Source of the DNA: Nemertoderma westbladi
Lineage: Eukaryota > Animalia > Xenacoelomorpha
Reading direction: 5' to 3'
Assembly (NCBI GenBank): GCA_032718475.1
Contig: JAUCBJ010005770.1
Span: 1-42,903, forward strand
Length of the DNA stretch: 42,903 nt
Position 1 is the stretch's first letter, and each line of letters begins with the position of its first letter. Below are positions 11,226 to 23,670 of this stretch, in pieces. A program made the position numbers and the translations under genes. Below the pieces are notes generated by a model. The model was not told the origin of the DNA. It saw nothing but the letters and a program-made list of their open reading frames with translations, and did no database searches.

Positions 11226-13085
11226 CACAGTGGGCCAGAAACCCTGTTTTGCGGCCAAAATTCCTTATTTCGAAAAATATTCATAGTTTGGGCACTATTT
11301 TTCACCTATACGGGTTTTCAATAGCGGCGAATCTTCTGAAATGGGTCTCAAATTCTCAAAGGGTGGCTGTGTGCCATTTCTGGCACGTGCCATTATTTGC
11401 GTATTTGGCAAACACAATAGACACAGGCAGAATGGCGCAGATTTCGGTTCCACAAGGTTTAACAGGGTGCTGAAGTACTAACAAATGGTTTCAAATTCTC
11501 TAGTAGCGTAAAAGTGCCACTTTTTAGCTTGTGGCACAAGGCACATGTGTTTAGCATGGCACAAAATATCAAAATATCTAAAGCTTAATAGAAATGTTCC
11601 ATTTTCGGTATTTATAGGTTTCCAAAGGTGCTGATTCGATTACAAATGTTTTCAAATTCTCTAGTGGCACATAGGTGCCACTTTTTAGCATGTGGCACAT
11701 GTGTTTCGCATGGCACAAAATATTAAAATCTCTAAAGCTTCATAGAAATGTTCAATTTTCGGTATTTATAGGTTTTCAGAGGTGCTGATTCGATTACAAA
11801 CGGTTTCGAATTCTCTAGTGGCACATAGGTGCCACTTTTTAGCATTTGGCACATGTGTTTAGCATGGCACAAAATATCAAAATCTCAAAACTTCATAGAA
11901 ATGTTCCATTTTCGGTATTTATAGGTTTTCAAAGGTGCTGATTCGATTACAAATGGTTTCGAATTCTCTAGTGGCAATTAGGTGCCACTTTTTAGCATGT
12001 GGCACATGTGTTTAGATGGCACTAAATGTCAAAATCTCTAAAGCTTCATAGAAATGTTCAATTTTCGGTATTTATAGGTTTTCAGAGGTGCTGATTCGAT
12101 TACAAACGGTTTCGAATTCTCTAGTGGCACATAGGTGCCACTTTTTAGCATTTGGCACATGTGTTTAGCATGGCACAAAATATCAAAATCTCAAAACTTC
12201 ATAGAAATGTTCCATTTTCGGTATTTATAGGTTTTCAAAGGTGCTGATTCGATTACAAATGGTTTCGAATTCTCTAGTGGTTTTCACTGGATTCACTGAT
12301 CACGAATAACAACTAAGCTGAAGTAGAATTCCATTATAGATAGGTAATAGATAGGTATAGATAGGATAGCGTGACAATGTCCGACTCAACGATAAAGATG
12401 TAATATACATATATATAATTAGTAAGTAGTAATTATAGTAAGTACAGTGATGTACCAGTGATCATGGTCAATAAAGTATTCAGAGTAGTGATGGGAATTT
12501 GATGTGTTATTGCATTAATAAGACTAAATGTATACAATAATAATAGAAAAATGTTGAAAACTGGAATTTTTGAATTGCTCCTTATGCGAAGGGGTGCAAG
12601 TAGGTGCAATTTTTTTTTTTCATATTTATGATGTTCGAAGGTTGTATTTGAATGTCTGATAATGTTTTTCAGTGCGGTCGGATTAGTTCGAAAAGTCTGG
12701 CTTCCCTAATTACGAAAAATGAAATATTTTTGGGAAAAGAATGTTTAAATGAAACTTGGAGCATGATGACAACTCTGGGGACCTCTAAAAACCACATATT
12801 TGGAATCAGCTCGCCAAGGAGAACATTTAAAAAAAAAAATTTCCAATGTAGTCCAATTTTTAAAAAAGATACGTTTTTTTGGCAATTTTTCCTAAAAACT
12901 GAAATTTTGAGTGAAAAATAGAAAATTTTTAATTTTTCACCTCAGAAAAAAATATTGGCAAATATTTTCGGAAAAAAAAATATTTTTTCTTAGGTTTCGA
13001 AATATGGGCTACAAGATAGGATATGTTTCCAACCACTAAAACAAACTTCATTTTAGGGTATTTTGGCCACCCCTGGCCCACTGTG
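11226..13085. mobile_element. Non-autonomous Transib-type DNA transposon
   Basis: TIR CACAGTGGGCCAG / CTGGCCCACTGTG with exact 5-bp GC-rich TSD GCCTG (11221-11225, 13086-13090). CAC termini plus a 5-bp TSD are diagnostic of the Transib/RAG-like superfamily. No coding capacity. Confidence 0.9.
11445..12280. repeat. ~153-bp tandem repeat, ~5.5 copies, inside the Transib element
   Basis: ttttcggtatttatagg recurs at about 11602, 11756, 11909, 12062 and 12215. Each unit contains the palindrome agtggcac-atag-gtgccact. Confidence 0.95.
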
Positions 13086-13504
13086 GCCTGGTGGGATCTT
13101 GGTCAATTAATTGGAGGAATTAATCAATGTAAGTGAAGAACAGTGTTGTAAGGATATAATATATTGTTAAATAATAAAAACCCGAATAACAGATTCAAAA
13201 TCAAAATTATAATACAAAAGTAAACAAAATATTACAAGGTGGTCCTATTGTTCATATCAAAAAAATATTTGTCTTTCAAGTGTTTTGCGATATTATTGTA
13301 TGCATGTTTTTGCAAAAAATGAACCTGTAATATGCTCAGGAGTATTCTCGGTTTTGAAATGTTTTACATTTCGAAAGCCATTGGAAGCTATTTTAGAAGA
13401 TTGTGGTCCTCTCGGGCCGACAATGCCATCTACGATCTGCATTCTCGGACCGAGAATGTCATGTACTGTTGGCCTGAATGGCGCCAATACCTAACCTTAC
13501 CAAA

Positions 13505-13915
13505 TAATTAGCAGGTGTGTAATTGTTAAAATGTAATTGGTAACGGTTGCAATGCAGAAATTAAAAGTGTTGTATGTCAAATTAGGCAAGTTTACCATAG
13601 TTGCCCTGGCAACAATGCAATTGTGAGATTTCTAGAATCACTCTGAACAATGATCATAAATCAACATTATAAGATGTCATCGGAATATATAAAATTCAAG
13701 TCTCAAAATAAAGTTATTTGAATGGAAAGAATAACGGATGTGGTTGGTATGGTTACAGGTACATTATAATAATACATTTACGTAAATACAACAAGTGGCT
13801 AAAACTTTTTTCTTGCAAAGTGTCCCCAAAGGAACGTTCGTACCAAATTTCATGATTGTATCATTATTTATATGGTTCTGCCTTAAAAAACACATTACAT
13901 TAATCTGCCCTACTA
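13505..13915. mobile_element. Possible decayed MITE (Academ-like right end)
   Basis: Right end ...taccaaatttcatgattgtatca...aatctgccctacta (TAG terminus on the minus strand). The left end is only weakly similar. Confidence 0.3.
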
Positions 13916-14291
13916 TAGGTACAAGACCCCAAATGAAATCTACATCTGTAAATAATATACGGTTTCATGGTACAAGACCATATAAATTAGACCATCATCT
14001 GTAAAATACACGTCTGAGTTGCAGAGATGTGCTCATTATATATCAGTATATCATCCACTAACAGAACCTGGCAGCCTAGAACTGGTCCACTACAAAAACT
14101 GATGCAACAGAGCGAGGTTCTGATATACCTAGCATTTCTCGGTTGCTGGTCCTCCAACACTCAACACATTCGATATTGTTTGGTTGGACATTGACATTAT
14201 TGCAGTATCAAGCATCATGCAGTCATTGTTATAGGTAGATACCGGTAGGTGGTAGCCATAATAGCGGATAGAGGTAGTCTGAAGAGCTTAC

Positions 14292-14338
14292 CCTCCCATG
14301 CATATTCATCCTCGCATGTTTCATCAGTTACTGAACCA
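14292..14338 (-). CDS. Candidate 47-nt orphan exon (xGSVTDETCEDEYAWE-G)
   Basis: Consensus acceptor taatttcag| and donor G|gtaagc flank an open 47-nt segment in non-repetitive DNA. No homology recognised. Confidence 0.35.
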
Positions 14339-15586
14339 CTGAAATTAAATTGGACTTGACGTCATAACCCGTTTGATGAAGTACCAAATGCTTTATGTTA
14401 TGGGAACATAGACATCATCTCCCTATTTTGCATTTACAACAATTCATACGAATTGTTTTCAGTATCTTTTTTAACTTTTACAGTCAGAAATAAATGCAAA
14501 TTATGATAAACATAAACATAAACAATGGAGGTTTCTGAAATCTTCACCAAACTTAAACATAAACATTACAACAGGCTTGGTTTTCTGTTTCAGTGACAAG
14601 GATCAAAGATTGATACAATCTTGCCCTGTACTAAGCTTCAAAATTTTAAGTGACCTACATAATAACTCATCTATGAGATATGAGTCTGACAAATATACCG
14701 GCTTTACTTCAATACTTCAAATACACTGAGATGATAATGAACTGTGGCGAAATTCAAATGATTTGTACCCAGCGATATCCATTGCTTTGCTACATTATTC
14801 CACCTCACATTTTACAAGTCTTACATTGTAAGCATTTTTGGACATGTACAGGATGACCAGATCCATATTTCTGACGTCGAATGAAATATAATCCGTAGGC
14901 GCTGTCGACTATAATAACCTGCAACGCGGTATGATCCCCATGTCTTTCTCGAATATGTCCTAAGGTTTGGCACTTTCCACATATCGTTGGAGATAGGAAA
15001 AACCACCCAAGTCAAAAAATGCGTATTTTAGATAATCACATTTTAATGTCTCACGCTGTTGTTTTTTACTAATATATTTTTGTGTCAAATAATGAAAAAT
15101 AGTTCAGCTTATTGCAGACATTTTATAAAATGCGTTTCCCTTAAAATAGTAGTTATATCTGAATATGTAAAGTTTTCAGTATAATGTTTGACGTAAGGCA
15201 TTTTTTCCATATACATTATAATGATAGGTATTAGTTTACTGCATGAATAATAAAAAGCCCCCATGTCAGAGAAAGCCATTTGTACGCACATTATTCACTA
15301 CTTTTTTTTCTGTTATGGGTTGTATGATTATATCCAGTAGTTTAATGTTATAATTGAATATTACAAAAATTACAAAAAATAACTACACAGTTGTTGCCTA
15401 GTAATTGTAAATGCAATCAGATCGAAGTGTATACAATTACTTCATATTCTTCATGTTGGTCCGGTTCTGGAAGACAATCAGATGCATTGGCACTGCTTGG
15501 CAAGGAATCATAAAACTCGTAATAATTTTTTGCAATTTCTAACAAATCTTATTTCTTCTAATTGATACTGGAATCAGTCTATCATT

Positions 15587-16468
15587 AAACGTAATTAACC
15601 AACATCACTGACTTTGGAGTTATCCTTTATTGATCACTATAGCAAAGGTTTTACCAGAGACTTACACCCCACAAAAACTACAAAAAATATAGAATTAGGA
15701 CATTTAGCCCAAAATTAGTACAAAGCCACTAGGGCCATCAAAATCAAACGAACATAAAATATAAAATAAACAAAAATAAAAAACCAAACATAATAAACTG
15801 CTCAACACACAGGTGTGTTTCACAACCCCACCCTAATCCTACCCATCTTACACTAAATGATACTGGTAGTTTACTGCACATAACTAAGCCTATATTATGT
15901 AAGAAAATATATGGCATTTTGTAGCCGCAAAAAAATCAAAAAATAATTAATTTATCAAAAATATGGTTGCGTTTCGGTGTCTGAAGATCACAGTACGCTG
16001 CTAATCTCCGACACCTCATCAGCTGGGTAAAAGAATTAGCCAGTACCAATCTATACTGCACCCATGACCTAGTTAATCGCACCAATCAACTCAGTTACCA
16101 ATTATCCCCACAGACATCTGAGCTTAGAACTTTGAACCCACACTGTTGATAAATCAGTAATACCCATGGAATACTGTTAGGTCGCTAGGGCATACACAAA
16201 CAGTAAAAACAATAATAGATTTTAAAACACAATGCAGTAATGTCGCAGATTGCTTTATACACTCATACATTAAACGTAATTAACCAACATCACTGACTTT
16301 GGGGTTTTCCTGTATTGATCACTATAGCAAAGGTTTTATCAGAGACTTACACCCCACAAAAACTACAAAAAAATTATATATTTATATATATCTATATTAT
16401 AATCATGATTCTATATTTTTTGTAGTTTTTGTGGGGTGTAAGTCTCTGATAAAACCTTTGTTATAGTG
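15587..16468 (-). mobile_element. Small non-coding PLE/retrozyme-like insertion in the Sola1 ORF
   Basis: Flanked by duplicated ATCAGTCTATCATT (15573-15586, 16469-16482). Has ~105-bp terminal direct repeats (15587-15690, 16271-16375), an inverted copy at 16411-16471, and an internal hammerhead core. Confidence 0.8.
15969..16026 (-). ncRNA. Hammerhead ribozyme core with extended stem II; stem III/I 3' arm missing
   Basis: Minus strand: cccag-CTGATGA-ggtgtc-ggagattagcagcgtactgtgatcttca-gacacc-GAAA-cgc. The expected ...GTC-agctg arm is absent. Confidence 0.7.
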
Positions 16469-18522
16469 ATCAGTCTATCATTGGCAGGTATTAATGGCAC
16501 TTCTGACATGCTGGAGTATATTTTCTTACTTTTTGTAAGTTTGGATTTCAATGACCTGGTTGTGATTTTACTTGGTTTTGGTGGATTTCTTTGGACTAAT
16601 ACTTCGTTAAAATCACTATCACCATAGTTTTCTTTGTAGAAAAATGATCCGGGATTAGTTTTTCGGAACTGAAACCATTTTGTCTTCATCCATGGAACTT
16701 TTTCATTGTTAATGTTTATATTTTGATTCGGCAATGCTTTGGTATTTAGATCTTTTAAATTAAAGATCTCCCTCTGCTGTAACATGTGACATGTTGTCCC
16801 TGCGAGCTGCAACTATTATGTTCTCACATTCATTTGGAGTGCATACTTTTTGGTGCTTTTTTGCAAATTCTATAGCGCTATGCATGGAATCAACTTCCAT
16901 ATGGGTGTGCCTGGCTTCTAGAAATGTTTGGTCTATAACATCCACTTTGGAGTGGCAAACAGCATACAAAAGAATAGCTGCGACAAACTGATTGCGATTC
17001 TGCCCGCCGCATGTGTCAGAACATAATATTAGGTGTTTTATCGAATCGTGTAAAGAATGTATGTAATAAGAGGAGGCAAATTCCTATTTCATTGGAACCG
17101 CGTTTTCCAATATATTCTGGCCTTACACAACATAACGCATTCCTTGATGCTTGCTCATAAATCGTCAGGTTAAATACATTTAATTTGCGCATATAGTACA
17201 TATCACTAACATTACTACAGGGTGTATACAATACTGCCTTTAGATCAAATGTTACTGACATAACTGAATGATCCTTCTTCGCAAGTTCTTTATCTTGCAT
17301 TTTTTCATTTTGGGAAATCTTGTGGCATTTAAGGTGTGGTTCTTTTGTCGTCAGTAAGATAGATATGTTTTCAATTCTTCTCCAGTTAAGTTATCACCCT
17401 TGTCGCATAAAACACATTGATCTTTCTTAGGAAAAAAGAACGATATATTGAATTCTTCCTTCAAAATTTCCTTATATTTTTGTTTCCCAACAGGAGACTT
17501 GACACCATGAGCTTTACCCCATTCCTTATATATATAATAAGTACATTGCTGTTTTGTTTAATCCTGGTTGAAAATATGTTCTTAGGCCATTTTTGCGGAC
17601 ATAGTGTGGCTCCATTACTGGAAAACTTTTAATATGCTGTCGAACAAGTTCTACTTCTTGTACTGATGTTTTGTTCTTGGGAGGACATCGATCCCGCCCA
17701 TCCTTTTTCACAAAACTTCCTTGTTCACCACAACCTCGGCGTGCAGTGCGTAATGCCTACTGCGTAACTGCCGTAATGCGTAATCATTTGTCATACCTAA
17801 TGTAGCTAGAAAGAACTTTCGGCAAACTTTAACCTCTTCACCATTAATTTCAAAAGTAAAACTGTTGCTGATGCTTCTTGGTCGCGATTTAGTTGGAGTA
17901 AGCACACTTCATGCGTTCTAACAGAAAGTTACATTTTCCAGCAAAACTTCCTATTGAATAGTATTCATCAAGGATTTTCTGGCGTATTTGTAGCGGTACC
18001 CTTTGTTCACATTTATATGGGCAACGTGAACAATCTACATCGAGCAGATGTCTTGAAGTTACGGTTTTTCCCGTTTTTGCAACATATGATTTTCCAGCTG
18101 AACATGCTGCCATTCTTTGGTTTTTTTTCAATTTACTGGTATCAGCAGTTGTTGCCCTTTTCCTTTGTTTATTGCGATCAATAATATCACCTGGACTCAT
18201 GGCGGTGGTTGTATTGGGGGTTATTTTCTCTATCCAATTCACTACTATCACTGCTATCACTATTATCGCCTGGAAGATATTCCTTGTCGCATGGGCCATT
18301 ACTTTTATTTGGCGAGTTTTGATTTGTAAAGGAATCATACAATTCTTCAGGTACACTCACCATTTCAGATATACTTTCAGTTTCAGATCTTTCACTTTGT
18401 ATATCCCCCAGCAATATGTCGACCAATTCTTCAGGTATGTCCTGAAACTCTTTCGACTCCAATAATTTCCTTTCAGGGGGAATAATATGGTCAATATGGA
18501 CTTCGTTTTCATTACTACTGTT

Positions 18523-18628
18523 AGTGGCGTTGGTGTGTGGCAATGAGGATTTGCAAAATAATTACTTTCTAATACAGTGGCGTTGGTGTGTGGCAATGAG
18601 GATTTGCAAAATAATTACTTTCTAATAC
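18523..18628. repeat. ~53-bp tandem duplication in the Sola1 ORF
   Basis: agtggcgttggtgtgtggcaatgaggatttgcaaaataattactttctaatac occurs twice. Confidence 0.95.
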
Positions 18629-19525
18629 AAGGTTCTTGTCTAAAACTACAACTTGAACAATCATCCTTAGAGGGAATAATTGGGTTTTGGTAAGAGAGAA
18701 CTCTTTTGGATATAGAGTCTCTCTGTTTTTCTGTATTTCCACTAATTTTGCAATCACTTATTGAACTCGAAATAGATTTATCGTCGTCAGAGTCACTCAT
18801 AAGGACTAGTTTTGCAGCATCAGCAATATTGATCCTTTTATTCATCATCTGATGTCAAGAGTAAGTCTTCAGGAGTATTTTAATAAGACTTAATTAAAAT
18901 TACCGAGAAACATACAACAAACCAACTCAAGTAATACAAATCAAATATTATTGTTTTAAAAATTTGTAAATTATTAATTGTAAAAATATACCAGGTCTAT
19001 TTAATTAATAATGCATTGAAAAATTTTATTTGAAGGATTCAAAGTAATGATAAAAATAATATAATAACTTCTGTTGTGAGTTAAATTGGTTTTCAATTTG
19101 GTCAGAAAACACACAATCTGACAATAAATCAAGTAGAGAGAATAATATAGTATTTTTTTTACCTGCCATGAGTGTTTTTTCCTTGAATCCATATACAGTA
19201 GTCTAGTAGTACCTTTTATGTTAAAGGCGAAATTTGTCATGTCTGACTTTTTTCCACAACAATCACAGGGAAGTATGGACAATTATTAGCCAATTAAATG
19301 ATTTTCCTATGAGTTTTTGATGTTAGAAGGATTTCCATTGGATGCAGAATCTCCGAAAGTACATTTCTGTTTAAGAAAGTCATTATTGCAAAAAATTAAC
19401 TTTGGGTGGTTTTTCCATATCACAGACGATATGTGGCAAGGTAAAAAGTTTAGCCCTATATCTTACCAGTTTCTTTTTAACTTTATCTGGCAATCGAAAT
19501 GTACGATTTGAATTAGAAGCATTAA

Positions 19526-21060
19526 CCCTATTAAACCCGGGGGGGGTCAATACCCCCCCCCCCGTGGTTTTTTTGTTATATCTCTGAATCAAACGCAGTT
19601 GGGAATCTGAAATTTCATGACTTTTCATAAAAATCTATTGTCCTCCTAATAGTGAAAACGGTTTCAAAAATATTGCGTAGTTTTCGAGTTATAGCACCAT
19701 TTTTTAACCCTACTTTTGGCACTTTTTTTCAGACGTTTTTTGAAAATTACATTTCATGCAATTTGATTTGTAAATCTCTATTTTTGATTTACACCAGTTT
19801 TTTGGTGTTTGCAATTAGATGGAATTCAATAATTCATATAAATTAATTTCGAAATTTCAAACTTGCTTTTTCGGCGGGTGCCAAATTTGGGTGCCAGCAC
19901 CAAATTTTGAAATATGTCAATTTTGTAAATAGATTGCTTGAACGTGTTTCGAAGCAATATGGGTTTCTTGTGGTTCTGGTTTCGATGGAATATATACGAG
20001 TTGCACCACGCGTATCAAACTTGTATTTTTCGATTCTGTGCACAAAATTTGGTGCCAGCACGAAATTTTTAAAGTCCTTTCAATACTTCAATTGCTTGTG
20101 ACAACTTATTTCTCGCGTTTTAGAGGTTTATGGCGGTTCTGAATTTAATGGAATAAATAATTATTTAGCTAGACATCTCAAGTTGGTGCAAAATTTGGTG
20201 CTAGCACCAAATTTTGAAACCATCAAATATATCAATTGATTCTGTCACCTTGTTTCTTGCGTTATACTGGTTTGTAAGGGTTCTCAATTCAATGGAATAA
20301 GTAAAAATTGCATAGGAGTTTTCAAACTGGTATTTTTCACAGGTGGGTAAAAATTGTTGTACCAGCACCAAATTTTTGAAAATAAGCAAATTGATCTATT
20401 ATTGATCTAAATTGATCTATTGTATCATCGTGTTTCTTGCGTTATACGGGTTTATGAGGGTCCTGAATCCGATGGAATCAATAAAAACAGCACAGGACAT
20501 CTCAAACTTCTACTTTTTGGTGATGGGTACGAAATTTGGTGCTAACACCAAAATTTACCCTATTACGCCGAAAAATACGAGTAGCAATGATCTGGCAAAT
20601 TAGAAATGTATTCCATTAGTATCAGTGCTCCAGAAAACCTGAAAATGTGAATTTATAGCATCGTATAAGTGAATTAAAAATTTTGTGTTAAAACTGAAAA
20701 GTGCTGGTTACTTGTTTTTTTCATTTTTTGCCTACAATGAGGACTACAACAGCCATTTATAGTATAATCAGGTCATTTTTTAACATTTTCCAAAGGATTT
20801 TGCGCCCCAGAAAACCTGTATTGAAAAACAATTAGCCGAAAACTGTAACTTTCAAAATTTATGAAAATTGTTCACTACTTGTAATTTTGGTGCTGCAATA
20901 TAGCAACTCCAGTATATTTTTTCGCAAATTTTTTTTTCGGTCGGATTCAGACTAGGGAAATCTACGTACACACGAAAAAACAGACGTTTTCGTCTAAATT
21001 TGTAGATATTAGAGGGGGGGTCAATATCACCCCCCCCCCCCCCCCCCCGGTATTTGTTTT
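19526..21060. mobile_element. Non-autonomous piggyBac-type element, right terminus lost; internal diverged ~130-150-bp repeats
   Basis: TTAA|CCCT left end followed by a GGGGGGTCAATACCCCCC palindrome. A matching subterminal palindrome lies at ~21014-21050. Internal units carry aaatttggtgc.agcaccaaattt. No AGGG|TTAA end found. Confidence 0.65.
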
Positions 21061-22309
21061 GTTTGGTATCAATGAAAAATATATGTTATTTCCTCTCCAT
21101 GTCCATTTATAAAGGATATTGTAATAAGTTGTTCATTTATAGATTAAAACAAAAACCTAAAATCTCCGTGCTGGATTACCGTATAACATAATATCTGGTC
21201 AATTTCAGTCGTATCGGATATCCCTAAATTATTGTGGAATATCTGTTAACTTACTTAACGATATATTAAGAGACATGCATGAATCCGAAATCCGAAATTG
21301 TAATAATATTTTTTTTTAATAGTTTTGAAAGAAATGTGTCGAAATCAACAGTCATTTAATGAACTACAGCAGTATCATATATAGTAGTCGCGTATCCCTT
21401 GGATTAAGATGCATCAATATTCTTTATTCAAGTATCCTTCACACCTTCACCCATTTTAAAAGTCGTTACTCGAGTCAATCTTTTACTAAATTATACCAAA
21501 CTTGGTAAATATGTAATCTGGTCTGTGTCTCTCAAAATAAAATAAACACAACTTGCTAAAATTTCCCCTAAGGGGTTTTTCCTATCTGCGCAATTTCAAT
21601 TCCGATGTCAGATTTCATGAACGATGGAACTAACGAACTTATGTTTGTTTGTCGATTTTTTAGAATAATGAAAATTGTTTGTCAAATTATTGATTATGTT
21701 TACATACACAAATATTAGTGGGGTGGTTAAGCTAACCCATCAGTAGTCATCATGTAAAAGCATCTGATCGCCTTACGTAATTGATATGAGACCAGCAAAG
21801 TTTACTGAGCAAACACAACCACAACAACACTTTTGCGGTCGTGAACAAATTTGTGTTGGACTGTGGGTTGTAATTTCTCCAATTTGTACATGGTCTGAGT
21901 TGTTGGCAATGGTGCTGATCTTTTCAATAGAAGTTAACTAAGTTTTTATTTGGATGAAATGCTCTACTACATCAAGTCAGTTAAGTTCATCAAATCAATC
22001 AGTTAAGGAGAAGGGGGGGGGGGGGGGGGGGAGAGACGCAAATTCCATCTCGGCGAATCATTATTAAATTATATGAATTAAATCGTATTAAATTATCTAT
22101 TAAGGGAAATGAGCGGGTTGCAGTGGCACGTTATGCAAACCAAAACAATAAATAAAACTCAATACTGTAGAACAAACTGGTTAGAGATTTATTTTTTTAA
22201 GAGTAAACAGCTGTTACTTGCTTCGATTTTAACCTGGAGAGGGAAGAATTTTAGTATAATTCATTATAAACATAACAAAATTAATTATAATTCTAAAACA
22301 TCGCCATCA

Positions 22310-23670
22310 TACGGAGCCCCTAAATGGACATGAGAAAAAAAAAATTTCGCTAACTCGTGCAAACGACTTACTAAGTCGTGCGAACGACATACTAAGGCGT
22401 GCAAACGACTTAACTAACTCGTGCGAACGACATACTAAGTCGTGTGAACGACTTACTAAGTCGTTCAAACGTCATACTAAGTCGTGCGAACGACTTAACT
22501 ATCTCGTGCGAACGACATACTAACTCGTGCAAACGACTTACTAAGTCGTTCGAACGACATACTAAGTCGTGGGAACGACTTAACTAACTCGTGCTAACGA
22601 CTTAGTAACTCGTGCGAACGACTTACTAACTTTACTTTGATTGGCTAAATAATACTGGTAATAAAAGTACAACCTTTTTAGCGGGATTTTCAATTCAATC
22701 TACAGCATTGTTGTTGATGGCATTATTGATTGAAAATATTATTATCAATGGCTGAACGCGCTCTGTTATATCGACGTACTTTAACTTAGGCCCAACATAC
22801 GGACAGATTTCATGTGCTTTAAGACTAAGTAATGAAATTATCCTAAGCTGTGCTTGCGCCATCGATGTAACAGGTCTGTTGCATATTGTCAGTGTGATCT
22901 CTACGGATGAACTTCTGAAAGTCTCGAACGCGAACATTTTCTGTTCCAAAATTCTCACGAACAATCCACGGAGCACCCTTTTTCTCAGTTATCGCTTCCA
23001 GGAAGTAGCCCCCGATAAATTTACTGTCATTGTTGGTGTTGTTATACACGTTCAACCAATTCATTTTCCGGGAATATCCATCAATGCACCCACTGGTTTC
23101 ATTAGGGATGTTACGCATTACTTATTCGAATTAATTTTATTAAGAACGAGCGTAAGCGAGTGAGTGAAATATGAAACGAGAGCCTGAAAGTGAAATACGG
23201 GTACGTACTTTATTTAAATCGAATATTGTGGTGGAGTCACAATATTGTACAATTCTCTAAATAATAGGACCTATCTCACCTCCCCCCAAAACCTGAGATT
23301 TGGACTACAGCTGTTCTGATACAATAGTGAGATGGGAATTGATAATAATATTTTCAACCAATAATGCCATCAACAACAAATGCTGTAGATTGAATTGAAA
23401 ATCCCACTAAAAAGGTTGTACTTTTATTACCAGTATTATTTAGCCAATCAAAGTAAAGTTAGTAAGTCGTTCGCACGAGTTACTAAGTCACTTGCATGAG
23501 TTAGTTAAGTCGTTCGCACGACTTAGTATATCATTTGCACGACTTAGTAAGTCGTTCGCACGACTTAAAGTCATTAGCACGAGTTAGTATGTCGTTCGCA
23601 CGACATACTAAGTCATTTGCACGAGTTAGCAAAAAAAATTGTTTTCACATGTCCCTTTAGGGGCTCCGTA
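22310..23670 (-). mobile_element. IS3EU-type DNA transposon deletion derivative with transposase fragment (~22843-23095)
   Basis: Termini TACGGAGCCCCTAAA / TTTAGGGGCTCCGTA with a 6-bp TSD CCATCA/CTATCA (1 mismatch). Subterminal arrays of ~21-bp gtcgtgcgaacgac repeats. Internal GCIDGYSRK..WL...TNNDSKFIGGYFLEA...GTENV..RDFQ integrase-core fragment. Confidence 0.85.

Larger units (their letters stand above)
14977..19436 (-). mobile_element. Sola1 DNA transposon, decayed; transposase remnants ~15430-18848
   Basis: VCRKFFLATLG; SFPVMEPHY; TFDLKAVLYTP...YYMRKLNVFNLT...KRGSNEIG; SDTCGGQNRNQ; FLEARHTHMEVDSMHSAIE; YYEFYDSL. Imperfect subterminal inverted repeat ccacatatcgt...ggaaaaaccaccca at 14977-15012 / 19399-19436. 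True termini not identified. Confidence 0.88.

Noticed and set aside
11226-13085. RAG1/RAG2-like genes or an antigen-receptor locus
   Set aside because: No coding sequence lies between the ends. The heptamers are arranged as transposon ends with a TSD, and no V/J-like segments flank them.
22345-22630. 21-bp repeat arrays as CRISPR or iterons
   Set aside because: Contiguous repeats without spacers, mirrored at 23460-23630. They are subterminal repeats of the IS3EU element.
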